In this document: piece by piece, positions 52,802 to 62,515 of the stretch
Position numbering within the stretch: position 1 is the stretch's first letter
Layout of the letters: the number at the start of each line of letters is the position of its first letter
Assembly (NCBI GenBank): GCA_038246545.1
Contig: JBBRVW010000018.1
Coordinates: forward strand, 6,490-70,489
Length of the DNA: 64,000 bases
Source: Actinomycetes bacterium
GTDB lineage: Bacteria > Actinomycetota > Actinomycetes > JACCUZ01
Direction: 5' to 3'
Position numbers and translations under genes: made by a program
The notes under the pieces: generated by a model
The model's database searches: none
Told to the model about the DNA's origin: nothing
What the model saw: only the letters and a program-made list of their open reading frames with translations

Positions 52802-55438
52802 TCACAGGGTCGTGACGGGGCTGGTCGCCTTCCGCCGACGGCGGGAGCGGCCGCTGGCGGCTGGCTCGGCCGCCGGCTCCCCCGCCTCGGTGCCCGCAGG
52901 TTCGGTGGCGACCGGCTCGGAGCCCACGGTCGCGGCGCCGGGTGCCTCGACCGGGTCCTCCACGGCGACCGGGTTGTCGTCGGCGGCCGTCCGGCCCTCC
53001 TCGGACGCGGTGGACCGGCGGCCCCGGCCGCCCGACCGGCCGCCGCCCGCGGGCTCCGCCGCGTCCTTGGCGTCCTTGGCGTCCTTGCCGTCCTTGGCGT
53101 CGTTGCCGTCCTTGGACTCGCCGCGGCTGCCACGGCCACCGCGGCCGCCCTTGCGCTCGCCGTCACCGCCGCCGTTCTTCTTCTCGACCGGCTCGGTGTG
53201 GATGTGGTAGCCGCGGCCGTTGCAGGCCTCGCAGGTCTCGGCGAACACCTCGTGCAGGCCCTGGCCGACCCGCTTGCGGGTCATCTGGACCAGGCCGAGG
53301 GAGGTGACCTCGGCGACCTGGTGCTTGGTCCGGTCGCGGCCGAGGCACTCGAGCAGCCGCCGCAGGACGAGGTCCCGGTTGCTCTCGAGCACCATGTCGA
53401 TGAAGTCGATGACGATGATGCCGCCGAGGTCACGGAGCCGGAGCTGCCGGACGATCTCCTCGGCCGACTCGAGGTTGTTCTTGGTGACGGTCTCCTCGAG
53501 GTTGCCGCCGGCGCCGGTGAACTTCCCGGTGTTGACGTCGACCACGACCATCGCCTCGGTGCGGTCGATGACCAGGTAGCCGCCACTCGGCAGCCAGACC
53601 TTGCGATCCAGCGCCTTGGCGAGCTGCTCGTCGACGCGGCCCTCGGTGAAGACGTCCTGCTCGCCGGTCCAGCGCGACATCCGGTCCCGCAGGTCCGGCG
53701 CCACGTGACCGACGTAGGCCTCGAGCATGTCCCACGCGTCGTCGCCGGAGACGACGAGCGAGGCGAAGTCCTCGTTGAAGATGTCGCGGACCACGCGAAT
53801 CGTCATGTCCGGCTCGCCGTAGAGCAGGGCCGGCGCGGCCGCACCCTTCTCCGACTTCTTCTCGATGTCCTCCCACTGCGCGGTGAGCCGCGCGACGTCA
53901 CGGGAGAGCTCCTCCTCGCTGGCGCCCTCGGCCGCGGTGCGGACGATGACGCCGGACCCCTCGGGGACGACCTTGCGCAAAATCGCCTTGAGTCGCGACC
54001 GCTCGGTGTCGGGCAGCTTGCGACTGATGCCGGTCATCGAGCCACCCGGGACCAGGACGAGGTACCGGCCGGCGAGCGAGACCTGGCTGGTGAGCCGGGC
54101 ACCCTTGTGGCCGATCGGGTCCTTCGTGACCTGCACCAGCACCGGGTCGCCGGACTTCAGCGCCAGCTCGATCCGCCGGGGCTGCCCGTCGAGGCCGGCC
54201 GCGTCCCAGTTGACCTCGCCCGCGTAGAGCACGGCGTTACGGCCCTTGCCGATGTCGACGAATGCCGCCTCCATGGAGGGCAGCACGTTCTGCACCCGGC
54301 CGAGGTAGACGTTGCCGACGAGGGCACCGCCGCCCGACGCGCTGGTGGTGCTCACGTAGTGCTCGACCAGGACGCCGTCCTCGAGCACCGCGATCTGGGT
54401 GCGCTCGCCGGCCTGACGGACGATCATCTGCCGGTCGACCGCCTCACGGCGGGCCAGGAACTCGGCCTCGCTGATGACCGAGGGGCGGCGTCGGCCCGCC
54501 TCGCGGCCCTCGCGGCGACGCTGCTTCTTCGCCTCGAGCCGCGTCGACCCCTTGACCGAGCGCACGCCGTCGTCGTCCTCACGGTCGCGCGAGCGGGTGC
54601 TCTTGCGGGGCTCGCGGACCTTGGTGACGGTCTGGGGCGGGTCGTCGCCCGCCACGTCGTCGCCGCCGTCCGAGCCGCTCCGCCGGCGCCGCCGACGTCG
54701 ACGGCGGGTGCCCGCGGTCTCGTCGTCCTCGGTGCCGGACTCGCCCGGCTCGTCGCCGGCAGCCTCGTCGTCGGTCGCCTCGGCGGCCTCCGGCGACTCG
54801 TCGTCCGTGGACGCGTCGGACTCGCCGCGGCCGCGGCCGCGGCGGCCCCGGCCACCCCGACGACGGCGGCGGGTGCCGGCGGTCTCGTCGGTCTCGTCGG
54901 TGTCGTCGGTCTCCTCGGTGCCGTCGGCTACCGCGGTGCCCTCGTCGGCGGCCGCGGCCGCCTTGGCGGCAGCCGCACGCCGACGGGGGGTCACGACCGG
55001 GTCGGGAGCCTGGAACAGCAGACCGGGCGCGACCGGACCGCCGGCCTCGGCCGTCGGGTCGCCGCCCGGCCCGTCGCTCCCCGCGGAACCGGCCCCGGGC
55101 TCGGCCGCCGCGGCCTTCTTGCTGGTGCGCTTGCGGGTGGTCTTCTTGGCCGGGGGCGCTTCGGCTGACGGCGCATCGGCAGCGGCCGGCTCGTCGGCGG
55201 CAGCAGCCGTCTTCTTGCTGGTGCGCTTGCGGGTGGTCTTCTTGGCCGGGGGCGCTTCGGCGGACGGCGCGTCGGACGCCGGGGGGGCGCCGGGGCCGGC
55301 CGACGGCTCGGCGGGGGCCGCGGGCGGCCCGGCCGGGCGGCTGGCCGCCCGGCGGCGGCGGCGCGGGGCCTCGTCGGTGCTGGTGGTGAGGTCGGCGGCG
55401 GCGCCGCCCGAGGGCTGGTTGGGCTCGGTGTCGAGCAT
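52802..55438 (-). CDS. rne: ribonuclease E
   Basis: Disordered Arg/Ala/Asp-rich N-terminal and C-terminal tails flank the S1 and catalytic core (GNVYLGRVQNVLPSMEAAFVDIG...VIVRTAAEG...GGIIVIDFIDM...). ATG at 55438. Confidence 0.9.
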   Translation of the reverse strand: MLDTEPNQPSGGAAADLTTSTDEAPRRRRRAASRPAGPPAAPAEPSAGPGAPPASDAPSAEAPPAKKTTRKRTSKKTAAAADEPAAADAPSAEAPPAKKTTRKRTSKKAAAAEPGAGSAGSDGPGGDPTAEAGGPVAPGLLFQAPDPVVTPRRRAAAAKAAAAADEGTAVADGTEETDDTDETDETAGTRRRRRGGRGRRGRGRGESDASTDDESPEAAEATDDEAAGDEPGESGTEDDETAGTRRRRRRRRRSGSDGGDDVAGDDPPQTVTKVREPRKSTRSRDREDDDGVRSVKGSTRLEAKKQRRREGREAGRRRPSVISEAEFLARREAVDRQMIVRQAGERTQIAVLEDGVLVEHYVSTTSASGGGALVGNVYLGRVQNVLPSMEAAFVDIGKGRNAVLYAGEVNWDAAGLDGQPRRIELALKSGDPVLVQVTKDPIGHKGARLTSQVSLAGRYLVLVPGGSMTGISRKLPDTERSRLKAILRKVVPEGSGVIVRTAAEGASEEELSRDVARLTAQWEDIEKKSEKGAAAPALLYGEPDMTIRVVRDIFNEDFASLVVSGDDAWDMLEAYVGHVAPDLRDRMSRWTGEQDVFTEGRVDEQLAKALDRKVWLPSGGYLVIDRTEAMVVVDVNTGKFTGAGGNLEETVTKNNLESAEEIVRQLRLRDLGGIIVIDFIDMVLESNRDLVLRRLLECLGRDRTKHQVAEVTSLGLVQMTRKRVGQGLHEVFAETCEACNGRGYHIHTEPVEKKNGGGDGERKGGRGGRGSRGESKDGNDAKDGKDAKDAKDAAEPAGGGRSGGRGRRSTASEEGRTAADDNPVAVEDPVEAPGAATVGSEPVATEPAGTEAGEPAAEPAASGRSRRRRKATSPVTTL
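55115..55280. repeat. 96-bp tandem repeat (about 1.7 copies) inside the rne N-terminal disordered region
   Basis: CTTCTTGCTGGTGCGCTTGCGGGTGGTCTTCTTGGCCGGGGGCGCTTCGGC... is repeated at 55115 and 55211. It encodes a duplicated 32-aa unit ...AAADEPAAADAPSAEAPPAKKTTRKRTSKK... Confidence 0.6.
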
Positions 55439-55630
55439 TCGGGTGGTCTCCCGTCGTGCTCCCGGGCGCCGGGCGGGCGGCCGGTCCACCAGATGAGTGG
55501 ACCGGTCCCGCTCCCCGCGGCGCCGCGCGGGTGCTAGGTCTCATGGTCCGCCCGCCGGGAGGCGGACGGCCGTGCGAAGTCTGTGGTGCGTCCGTCGCGT
55601 CCCGCGGCCAGGGGGCGGCGCTGGGGCGGT

Positions 55631-56416
55631 TCAGACGCCGGCGGCGTCGCGGTCCGGTGCCAGTGGGTCGGACACCGTTCCGGCCGTCTCGTCGAGGGGG
55701 CCTTGCGCCAGCCTCGTGACCGCGGGGGTCACGGGCGGCGCGAGCGCGCCGATCGAGGCGAGTCCGGCAAGGACGTCGTCGGGTCGGACGGCCGGTGTGA
55801 CATGGCGTACGACCAGTCGCAGTATCGCACACGGGGCATCTGTCACGTCCCCGGCGCGCGGGTCGGCCGCGGCGCTGAGTGCGACGACCGCCTCCCGGGC
55901 GTCGAAGGTGCGCAGCCCGTTCTTCGTCATCCGGGACACCTCGGCCCGGTCGGCGGCCAGGAACGCCGCCACGGCGACCTCGGCGGCTGCCGCCTCGACA
56001 CCGGGCAGCCGGACCTCCCACACCGACGCCTCGAGCCGGTCGGACAGGCCCTCGGCCTTGGTGTTCTCCGGCGGCGGCGCCACCTCGACCATCTCGAGCA
56101 CGTCCAGGTCGTCGGGCAGCGAGGCGTCCAGCGCGGCCCGCAGCCGCTCCGGGTCGCAGCGCTGGGCCAGGCCGATCTCGAGGTACTCCGCCTCGCTCGC
56201 GACTCCCGTGGGCGCCGCTCCGGCATAGCTGACCTTGGGGTGCGGCGAGAAGCCCGCGGAGTACGCCATGGGCACCGCGGCACGCCGTAGGGCACGCTCG
56301 AACGCGCGCTGGAAGTCGCGATGGCTGGTGAACCTCAGCCGGCCGCGCTTGGTGTAGCGCATCCGCAGCCGCTGCACGGTGGGCGGCGGCGGCGGACCCT
56401 CAGGCTTGCGGGCCAT
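55631..56416 (-). CDS. TIGR03936-like (DUF2344) protein partnering the TIGR03960 radical SAM enzyme
   Basis: MARKPEGPPPPPTVQRLRMRYTKRGRLRFTSHRDFQRAFERALRRAAVPMAYSAGFSPHPK..., characteristic of this family. Confidence 0.7.
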   Translation of the reverse strand: MARKPEGPPPPPTVQRLRMRYTKRGRLRFTSHRDFQRAFERALRRAAVPMAYSAGFSPHPKVSYAGAAPTGVASEAEYLEIGLAQRCDPERLRAALDASLPDDLDVLEMVEVAPPPENTKAEGLSDRLEASVWEVRLPGVEAAAAEVAVAAFLAADRAEVSRMTKNGLRTFDAREAVVALSAAADPRAGDVTDAPCAILRLVVRHVTPAVRPDDVLAGLASIGALAPPVTPAVTRLAQGPLDETAGTVSDPLAPDRDAAGV

Positions 56417-57116
56417 GCAGCACCTCCCCCGGCTCGCTGGTCAGCGCGGTGCTCGCCAGAGTGATCGGCACCATCCGCGAGCCGGCCGGTCCGGTGTGGT
56501 GGTCGTAGCGGACCAGCTCGAGTGTCGCCACCGTCAGGTCACCGAGCATCTCCGTCCGGCGCGCCTCGACGTGGTCGACCAGCGCAGAGGGCCGGGCCAC
56601 CGGCGCTGCGAGGTGCAGCAGCGACATCCACCACTGCTCGCCGCGGTAGGCCAACTCGAAGACGTCGCCGCCGAGCGCGGCGGCCAGCGCGGGCCGCAGC
56701 GCCCGGGCGGCGTCGTCGGCGGGCTCGCACGAGGCGATCACGCCGCCCGGGGTCAGCCCGAGCCCGGTGACCGCGAAGGTTGCCGGGCCCGCGACGGACG
56801 CGGCCCGCTCGGTCGCGTCGGCGAAGTGCCGAGCGGCCGGGTCGGCGAGCGTCACCCCGGGCCGGTGCGGTTCGAGCGAGAAGATCGTCAGGTGGGCCGA
56901 CCCGGTGGAGCCGGTGGCCCACTGGTCAGCACCGGCCAGCGCGACGAGGTCTGCCGTCTCGGCGGCGAGCCGGTCGGCCAGGCCGGCGCCGGGCCGGACG
57001 ACCACCGACAGACCCCAGCGGCGCGAGCCCGCCGTCGGCGGCAGGTCCAGGGTCGGCCGACCCTCGAGCAGGGCGGCCCGCCCCCGGTCGTGCAGGGTGT
57101 CGACGGTGACGCTCAC
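56400..57116 (-). CDS. hypothetical protein inserted between the radical-SAM pair (possible 2H phosphoesterase-like)
   Basis: 238 aa. GTG start overlaps the upstream stop (GTGA) and its stop overlaps the downstream gene by 17 nt. One H-x-T-x motif (HLTIF); a second one is degenerate (HLAAP). Confidence 0.45.
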   Translation of the reverse strand: MSVTVDTLHDRGRAALLEGRPTLDLPPTAGSRRWGLSVVVRPGAGLADRLAAETADLVALAGADQWATGSTGSAHLTIFSLEPHRPGVTLADPAARHFADATERAASVAGPATFAVTGLGLTPGGVIASCEPADDAARALRPALAAALGGDVFELAYRGEQWWMSLLHLAAPVARPSALVDHVEARRTEMLGDLTVATLELVRYDHHTGPAGSRMVPITLASTALTSEPGEVLHGPQA

Positions 57117-59077
57117 TCGGCGGGCGTCCCGGCAAGCACCTGGTCACGGGCGGAGTTCAGGACCGTGAGCGGGATCAGCGTCGCCCCGGTCGGGCCCTGC
57201 TGGATCTCGGTGCCCATCTGCGGGCAGACGCCGCAGTCGAAGCACGGGGTCCACCGGCAGTCCTCGACCTCGGTGCCGGTGAGAGCGTCCTGCCAGTCCT
57301 CCCAGAGCCAGTCGCGGTCGAGGCCGGAGTCGAGGTGGTCCCACGGGAGCACCTCGGCGTAGTCGCGCTCGCGCACGGTGTACCAGTCGACGTCGACCGG
57401 CTCGTCGGCGAACGCCTGCTCGGCCGAGGCCATCCACCGCTCGAACGAGAAGTGCTCGCTCCAGCCGTCGAACCGGCCGCCGTCCTCGTAGACCGCCTCG
57501 ATGACCTTCCCGACCCGGCGGTCGCCACGGGACAGCAGTCCCTCGACGATGCCCGGCTTGCCGTCGTGGTACCGGAAGCCGATCGCCTTGGCGAACGAGC
57601 GGTCCGAGCGCACGGCGTCGCGCAGCTTGGCCAGCCGCGAGTCGGTCTCCTCGTGGCCGAGCTGGGCCACCCACTGGAACGGGGTGTGCGGCTTGGGCAC
57701 GAAGCCGCCGATCGAGACGGTGCAGCGGATGTCGTTGCGGCCGGTGACCTGGCGTCCGGTGGCGATGACCTTCTTCGCGAGGTCAGCGATCTGCAGCACG
57801 TCCTCGTCGGTCTCGGTCGGGAGACCGCACATGAAGTAGAGCTTGACCTGCCGCCAGCCGGCCGAGTAGGCCGCCGTCACTGTGCGGATCAGGTCGTCCT
57901 CGGTGACCATCTTGTTGATGACCTTGCGGATCCGCTCGCTGCCGCCCTCGGGGGCGAAGGTCAGCCCGGACCGCCGGCCGTTGCGGGTGAGCTCGTTGGC
58001 CAGGTCGATGTTGAACGCGTCGACCCGGGTCGACGGCAGTGACAGCGAGGTCTGGGTGCCCTCGTAGCGGTCGGCGAGACCCTTGGCCATCGGCGCGATC
58101 TCGCTGTGGTCGGCGCTGGACAGCGAGAGCAGCCCGACCTCCTCGAAGCCGGTCGCCGCCAATGCCTTCTCGACCATCTCGCCGACGCCCGTGAGGGAGC
58201 GCTCGCGGACCGGGCGGGTGATCATGCCCGCCTGGCAGAACCGGCAGCCGCGCGTGCAGCCGCGGAAGATCTCGACCGACGCCCGCTCGTGCACCGACTC
58301 GGCGAGCGGCACGAGCGGCTGCTTCGGGTACGGCCACTCGTCGAGGTCCATGACGGTGTGCTTGGAGACCCGCCACGGGACCCCGGGCCGGTTGGGCGCG
58401 ACCCGCTTGATGCGGCCGTCGGCGAGGTACTCGACGTCGTAGAACGCCGGGACGTAGACGCCCCCCGTGCGCGCGAGTCGCATGAGCAGCTCGTCGCGAC
58501 CCCCCGGCCGGTCCTCTGCCTTCCAGCGGCGCACGACCTCGCTGATCTCCAGCACGGCCTGCTCGCCGTCGCCGAGCACCGCCGCGTCGACGAAGTCGGC
58601 CACCGGCTCGGGGTTGAACGCCGAGTGGCCACCCGCGACCACGACGGGGTGGTCGACCGTGCGGTCGCGTGCGTGCCGGGGCACGCCGGCGAGGTCCAGC
58701 GTCTGCAGCAGGTTGGTGTAGCCGAGCTCGGTCGCAAAGGACACGCCCAGCAGGTCGAACGCAGCGATCGGCCGGTGCGCGTCGACTGTGAAGGCCGGCA
58801 GCTCGTGCTCACGCATGACCTGCTCCATGTCCGGCCACACCGCGTACGCGCGCTCGGCCAGGATCCCCGCCCGCTCGTTGAGCACCTCGTAGAGGATCAT
58901 CACGCCCTGGTTGGGGACGCCGACCTCGTACGCGTCGGGGTACATGAGGGCCCAGCGGACGTCGCAGGAGTCCCAGTCCTTGACGGTGGAGTTCAGCTCG
59001 CCACCCACGTACTGGATCGGCTTGCTGACGCTCGGGAGGAGCGGCTCCAGACGGGGGAAGAGGGACTCGACTGGCAT
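57113..59077 (-). CDS. TIGR03960-like B12-binding-domain radical SAM protein
   Basis: FRGCTRGCRFCQAG radical SAM cluster motif after an N-terminal B12-binding-like domain. ATG at 59077. Confidence 0.75.
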   Translation of the reverse strand: MPVESLFPRLEPLLPSVSKPIQYVGGELNSTVKDWDSCDVRWALMYPDAYEVGVPNQGVMILYEVLNERAGILAERAYAVWPDMEQVMREHELPAFTVDAHRPIAAFDLLGVSFATELGYTNLLQTLDLAGVPRHARDRTVDHPVVVAGGHSAFNPEPVADFVDAAVLGDGEQAVLEISEVVRRWKAEDRPGGRDELLMRLARTGGVYVPAFYDVEYLADGRIKRVAPNRPGVPWRVSKHTVMDLDEWPYPKQPLVPLAESVHERASVEIFRGCTRGCRFCQAGMITRPVRERSLTGVGEMVEKALAATGFEEVGLLSLSSADHSEIAPMAKGLADRYEGTQTSLSLPSTRVDAFNIDLANELTRNGRRSGLTFAPEGGSERIRKVINKMVTEDDLIRTVTAAYSAGWRQVKLYFMCGLPTETDEDVLQIADLAKKVIATGRQVTGRNDIRCTVSIGGFVPKPHTPFQWVAQLGHEETDSRLAKLRDAVRSDRSFAKAIGFRYHDGKPGIVEGLLSRGDRRVGKVIEAVYEDGGRFDGWSEHFSFERWMASAEQAFADEPVDVDWYTVRERDYAEVLPWDHLDSGLDRDWLWEDWQDALTGTEVEDCRWTPCFDCGVCPQMGTEIQQGPTGATLIPLTVLNSARDQVLAGTPAE

Positions 59078-59096
59078 CCGTCCAGAGTAGGTGATG

Positions 59097-60281
59097 TCAG
59101 GAGTAGCGGCGCATGTGCACGTTCTGGAGCAGGCCCACGGCCAGCATGTTCGCGAACATCGACGACCCTCCGTAGGACACGAACGGGAGCGGGACACCGG
59201 TCACCGGCATGATCCCGAGCGTCATCCCGATGTTCTCGAAGGCCTGGAACGCGAACCAGCAGACGATGCCGGTGGCCACCAGGCGGCCGAAGAGGTCCTC
59301 GGCGCGCATCGCGATCCGGCCGGCCCGCCACAGCACCAGCCCGAGCAGGACGACCACGAGGGCGGCCCCCACGAAGCCGAGCTCCTCCCCCGCCACGGTG
59401 AAGATGAAGTCGGTCTGTTGCGCGGGCACGAAACGGCCCTGCGTCTGGGCGCCGTGGAACAGGCCCTGGCCCTCGAAGCCGCCGGAGCCGATCGCGATCT
59501 GTGCCTGCCGCACGTTGAACCCGGCGCCCTTGGGGTCGGCCGTCGGGTCGTAGAACGCCCGGAACCGGTCCAGCTGGTAGTCCTTGAGCAGGCCGGCCTG
59601 GACGGCGACGACGGCGAGCAGCACCGCACCGGCGACCAGGCCGACGACCCAGCGCAGCGGGGCGCCCGAAACGGCGATCACGCCCAGCACGGTCGTGCAC
59701 ACCACGAGTGCGGTGCCGAGGTCGGGCTGCAGCATCACCAGCCCGAGCGGCACGGCGGCGAAGCCGAGGGTCACGACCACGTCGACGTCGCGCGGGCTGT
59801 CCTCGGCGTCGCGCTTCTCCGAGAGCAGGACCGCCATGCCGACGACCAGGGCCACCTTCGCCAGCTCGGAGGGCTGGATGGAGAAGCCGGCGGGCAGCAC
59901 GATCCACGAGTGCGAGCCGTTGATGGTCGAGCCGAGCGGCGAGAGCACCGCGGCGAGGCCGGCGAGGGAGAGCAGGTAGATGACCGGTGCGTAGGCCCGC
60001 AGCATCCGGTAGTCGAACACCGACGCGACCACGGCCAGGACCAGACCGATGGCCACGTTGAGGCAGTGCTTCTTCAGGAATGCCGCGGGGTCACCACCCG
60101 AGTCGAGCGCCGCCTGCCGGGTCGCGGACCAGACGAGCGCGCCGCCGATCGAGCACAGCGCGAGAACCGCGAACAGGAGTGTCCAGTCGATGCGTCGCAG
60201 GGTCGCGTCGCGGTGCAGCAGCCGCGAGCTGCGGCGGGCGGGCGGCACGGTGTAGGGCGCGGGGCGGTAGCCGACGGACAT
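59097..60281 (-). CDS. rodA: rod shape-determining SEDS glycosyltransferase RodA
   Basis: FtsW/RodA/SpoVE family pattern (PSELAKVALVV, QTDFIFTVAGEELGFVGA, MPVTGVPLPFVSYGGSS). Confidence 0.85.
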   Translation of the reverse strand: MSVGYRPAPYTVPPARRSSRLLHRDATLRRIDWTLLFAVLALCSIGGALVWSATRQAALDSGGDPAAFLKKHCLNVAIGLVLAVVASVFDYRMLRAYAPVIYLLSLAGLAAVLSPLGSTINGSHSWIVLPAGFSIQPSELAKVALVVGMAVLLSEKRDAEDSPRDVDVVVTLGFAAVPLGLVMLQPDLGTALVVCTTVLGVIAVSGAPLRWVVGLVAGAVLLAVVAVQAGLLKDYQLDRFRAFYDPTADPKGAGFNVRQAQIAIGSGGFEGQGLFHGAQTQGRFVPAQQTDFIFTVAGEELGFVGAALVVVLLGLVLWRAGRIAMRAEDLFGRLVATGIVCWFAFQAFENIGMTLGIMPVTGVPLPFVSYGGSSMFANMLAVGLLQNVHMRRYS

Positions 60282-62515
60282 CAGCCACCGCCCTCGTCAG
60301 GCCGGTAGGCGCGCAGCTCCTCGACCGCCGCCGGGTACCGGTCGGCCGCGGGGCGCCGGCTCTCGGGCGTCACCACGGTGCCGTCCGGGTTCACCCGCGG
60401 CAGCTGCGTGGCGGGGTGTCCACCGGGAGGCGAGGCCGTCGCGAGGTCCACCTTGCTGCCGTGCACGCCGAAGAGCGTCTTGTAGAGCTCGGCCACCGAC
60501 GGCCCGGAGATGCCGGACCCGGTGCCGCCCTGGCTGACCATCATCACGACGGCGTACTGCGGCCTGGTGGCCGGCGCGAACGACGCGAACCAGGACGTCG
60601 TCTCCTTGCCGTAGACCTCGCCGGTGCCGGTCTTGGTCGCGACCGGCACCTTGTCGATCGGGAACCCGGCACGGAAGAACGGCCCGTACCCGGTGCCCAC
60701 CTCGGTCACCGTGCGCAGCGCGTGCCGAAGCCAGTCCAGCGTGGCCGCCTTCACCGGCAGGTGCCCGGCCGGCGCCGGGTCGATCCGTCGGACCAGCTCG
60801 CCGTCGGGCGACATGATCGCGCTGCCGATGTGCGGCGTGACGAGCGTTCCGCCGTTGGCGACCGCCGCGTAGACCCGGGCCATCTGCAGGGGGGTCACCG
60901 TCGTGTCGCCCTGGCCGATCGCGAAGTTCGCGGCATCGCCGCCGCGGTAGGCCCAGCCGTCGGCGCAGTTCTCCCTCGACAGCTGGAGCAGGTAGGCCGC
61001 CCGCCGAGGGTCGGTCTTCGCGACGTCCGGGTAGCCGGTCTTGGCCTTCGCGCAGTAGAAGTCCTTGGTGGCCTTCCAGTAGGCCTTCTTCCAGGCCCGA
61101 TCGGCGATCCGGCCGTCCGACTCGGCCGGCAGGTCGAGGCCGGTGGGGCGGCCCAGGCCGTAGGCCTTGGCCATCTCCGTGAACGGGTCAAGGGACTTCT
61201 TCTTCGGGTCCAGGCCGCCCATCCGCAGCCAGGTCTCGTAGGCGAACTTGTAGAACACGGTGTCGCAGGAGACCTGGATCGCGCGCAGCATCGAGATCGT
61301 GCCGTAGCCCTGCGACTCGTAGTTCGCCTTCGGCGAGCCGCCGATCGAGTACGACGACGGGCACGGGTACGACGCGTCGACCGAGTAGCCGGCCTTCACC
61401 GCGGCGGGGAGCGACACGGCCTTGAAGGTCGAGGCCGGGGCGAACTCCCCCTGGAAGGCCCGCGACTGGTTCGGGTAGTTGTTCTTCTTGCTGGTGATGG
61501 ACTTGTAGTCCTTGCTGCTGATGCCACCGACCCAGATGTTCGGGTCGTACGTCGGCCAGCTCGCCATCGCGACGATGCCGCCGGTCCGGACGTCCATCAC
61601 GACCACGGCCCCGGAGTCGGCCTTGTGCTTGGCGAAGCCCTTGTTGATGTCACCGGTGTGGCGGGCGCGCATGATGGCGGCCTTGAGCTGCTTCTCGGCC
61701 TCCGCCTGGACCTTGGCGTCGATGGTCGTGACCAGGTAGTTGCCGGGAGTCGGCTGGGTCTCGGTGAGCACGCCGCTCACGCCGCCCTGGTGGTCGACCG
61801 TCAGGGTCTTCACCCCGGGCGTGCCGCGCAGGTCCTCGTCGTACTCGCGTTCGAGACCGGCCCGGCCGATCAGGTCGGTGCGCTGCAGCACGGTCTCGGT
61901 GCGGCCACCGGCGGCGGCACCCGCATCCTTACGGGCGGCCAGCTCCTCGTCGGTGACCGGACCCAGGTAGCCGAGCTCGTGCGCGGCGTTGGCGCTCAGC
62001 GGCTCGGGGTACTCGCGCACCGAGCTGAGCTCGGCGCTGACACCCGGGAAGTCCTCGCGCCGCTCCATGATCTGCAGGGCCATCGCGGTGCTCGCCTCGT
62101 CGGTGACCGGGATGGGCTGGTAGGGCGACCCGTTGAAGCAGCGCGGCGCGGGCGGCGCCCCCTCGCTGCCGCAGAGGCGGGTCCGCTCCCAGACGTCCTG
62201 AAACGGCTCGCCGATCACCTTCGCCACCTTGGCGACGAGCTCGCGGCCACCGTCTCGCTGTCGCAGCATCGCCGTACGGCTGATGGACACCACCAGCGCG
62301 GTGCGGTTGCGCGCCAGCGGGCGTCCGCGGGCGTCGAGGATCATGCCGCGCGCGGCGGGCGTGACGATCGAGCGGGTGCCGTTCTCGGCGGCGGCCGACT
62401 TGTAGTTCTCCGAGGCCACCACCTGGAGGTACCAGAGCCGGCCGAGCAGTGTCGCCAGCAGCGACAGCACGAGCAGCTGGAGGACGACCAGCCGCAGCCG
62501 GCTGCGCTCGCTCAT
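60281..62515 (-). CDS. mrdA: penicillin-binding protein 2 (peptidoglycan D,D-transpeptidase)
   Basis: N-terminal TM anchor, PBP dimerisation domain and transpeptidase domain (STFK active-site serine motif in ...FAPASTFKAV...). Overlaps rodA start and mreD stop. Confidence 0.85.
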   Translation of the reverse strand: MSERSRLRLVVLQLLVLSLLATLLGRLWYLQVVASENYKSAAAENGTRSIVTPAARGMILDARGRPLARNRTALVVSISRTAMLRQRDGGRELVAKVAKVIGEPFQDVWERTRLCGSEGAPPAPRCFNGSPYQPIPVTDEASTAMALQIMERREDFPGVSAELSSVREYPEPLSANAAHELGYLGPVTDEELAARKDAGAAAGGRTETVLQRTDLIGRAGLEREYDEDLRGTPGVKTLTVDHQGGVSGVLTETQPTPGNYLVTTIDAKVQAEAEKQLKAAIMRARHTGDINKGFAKHKADSGAVVVMDVRTGGIVAMASWPTYDPNIWVGGISSKDYKSITSKKNNYPNQSRAFQGEFAPASTFKAVSLPAAVKAGYSVDASYPCPSSYSIGGSPKANYESQGYGTISMLRAIQVSCDTVFYKFAYETWLRMGGLDPKKKSLDPFTEMAKAYGLGRPTGLDLPAESDGRIADRAWKKAYWKATKDFYCAKAKTGYPDVAKTDPRRAAYLLQLSRENCADGWAYRGGDAANFAIGQGDTTVTPLQMARVYAAVANGGTLVTPHIGSAIMSPDGELVRRIDPAPAGHLPVKAATLDWLRHALRTVTEVGTGYGPFFRAGFPIDKVPVATKTGTGEVYGKETTSWFASFAPATRPQYAVVMMVSQGGTGSGISGPSVAELYKTLFGVHGSKVDLATASPPGGHPATQLPRVNPDGTVVTPESRRPAADRYPAAVEELRAYRPDEGGG

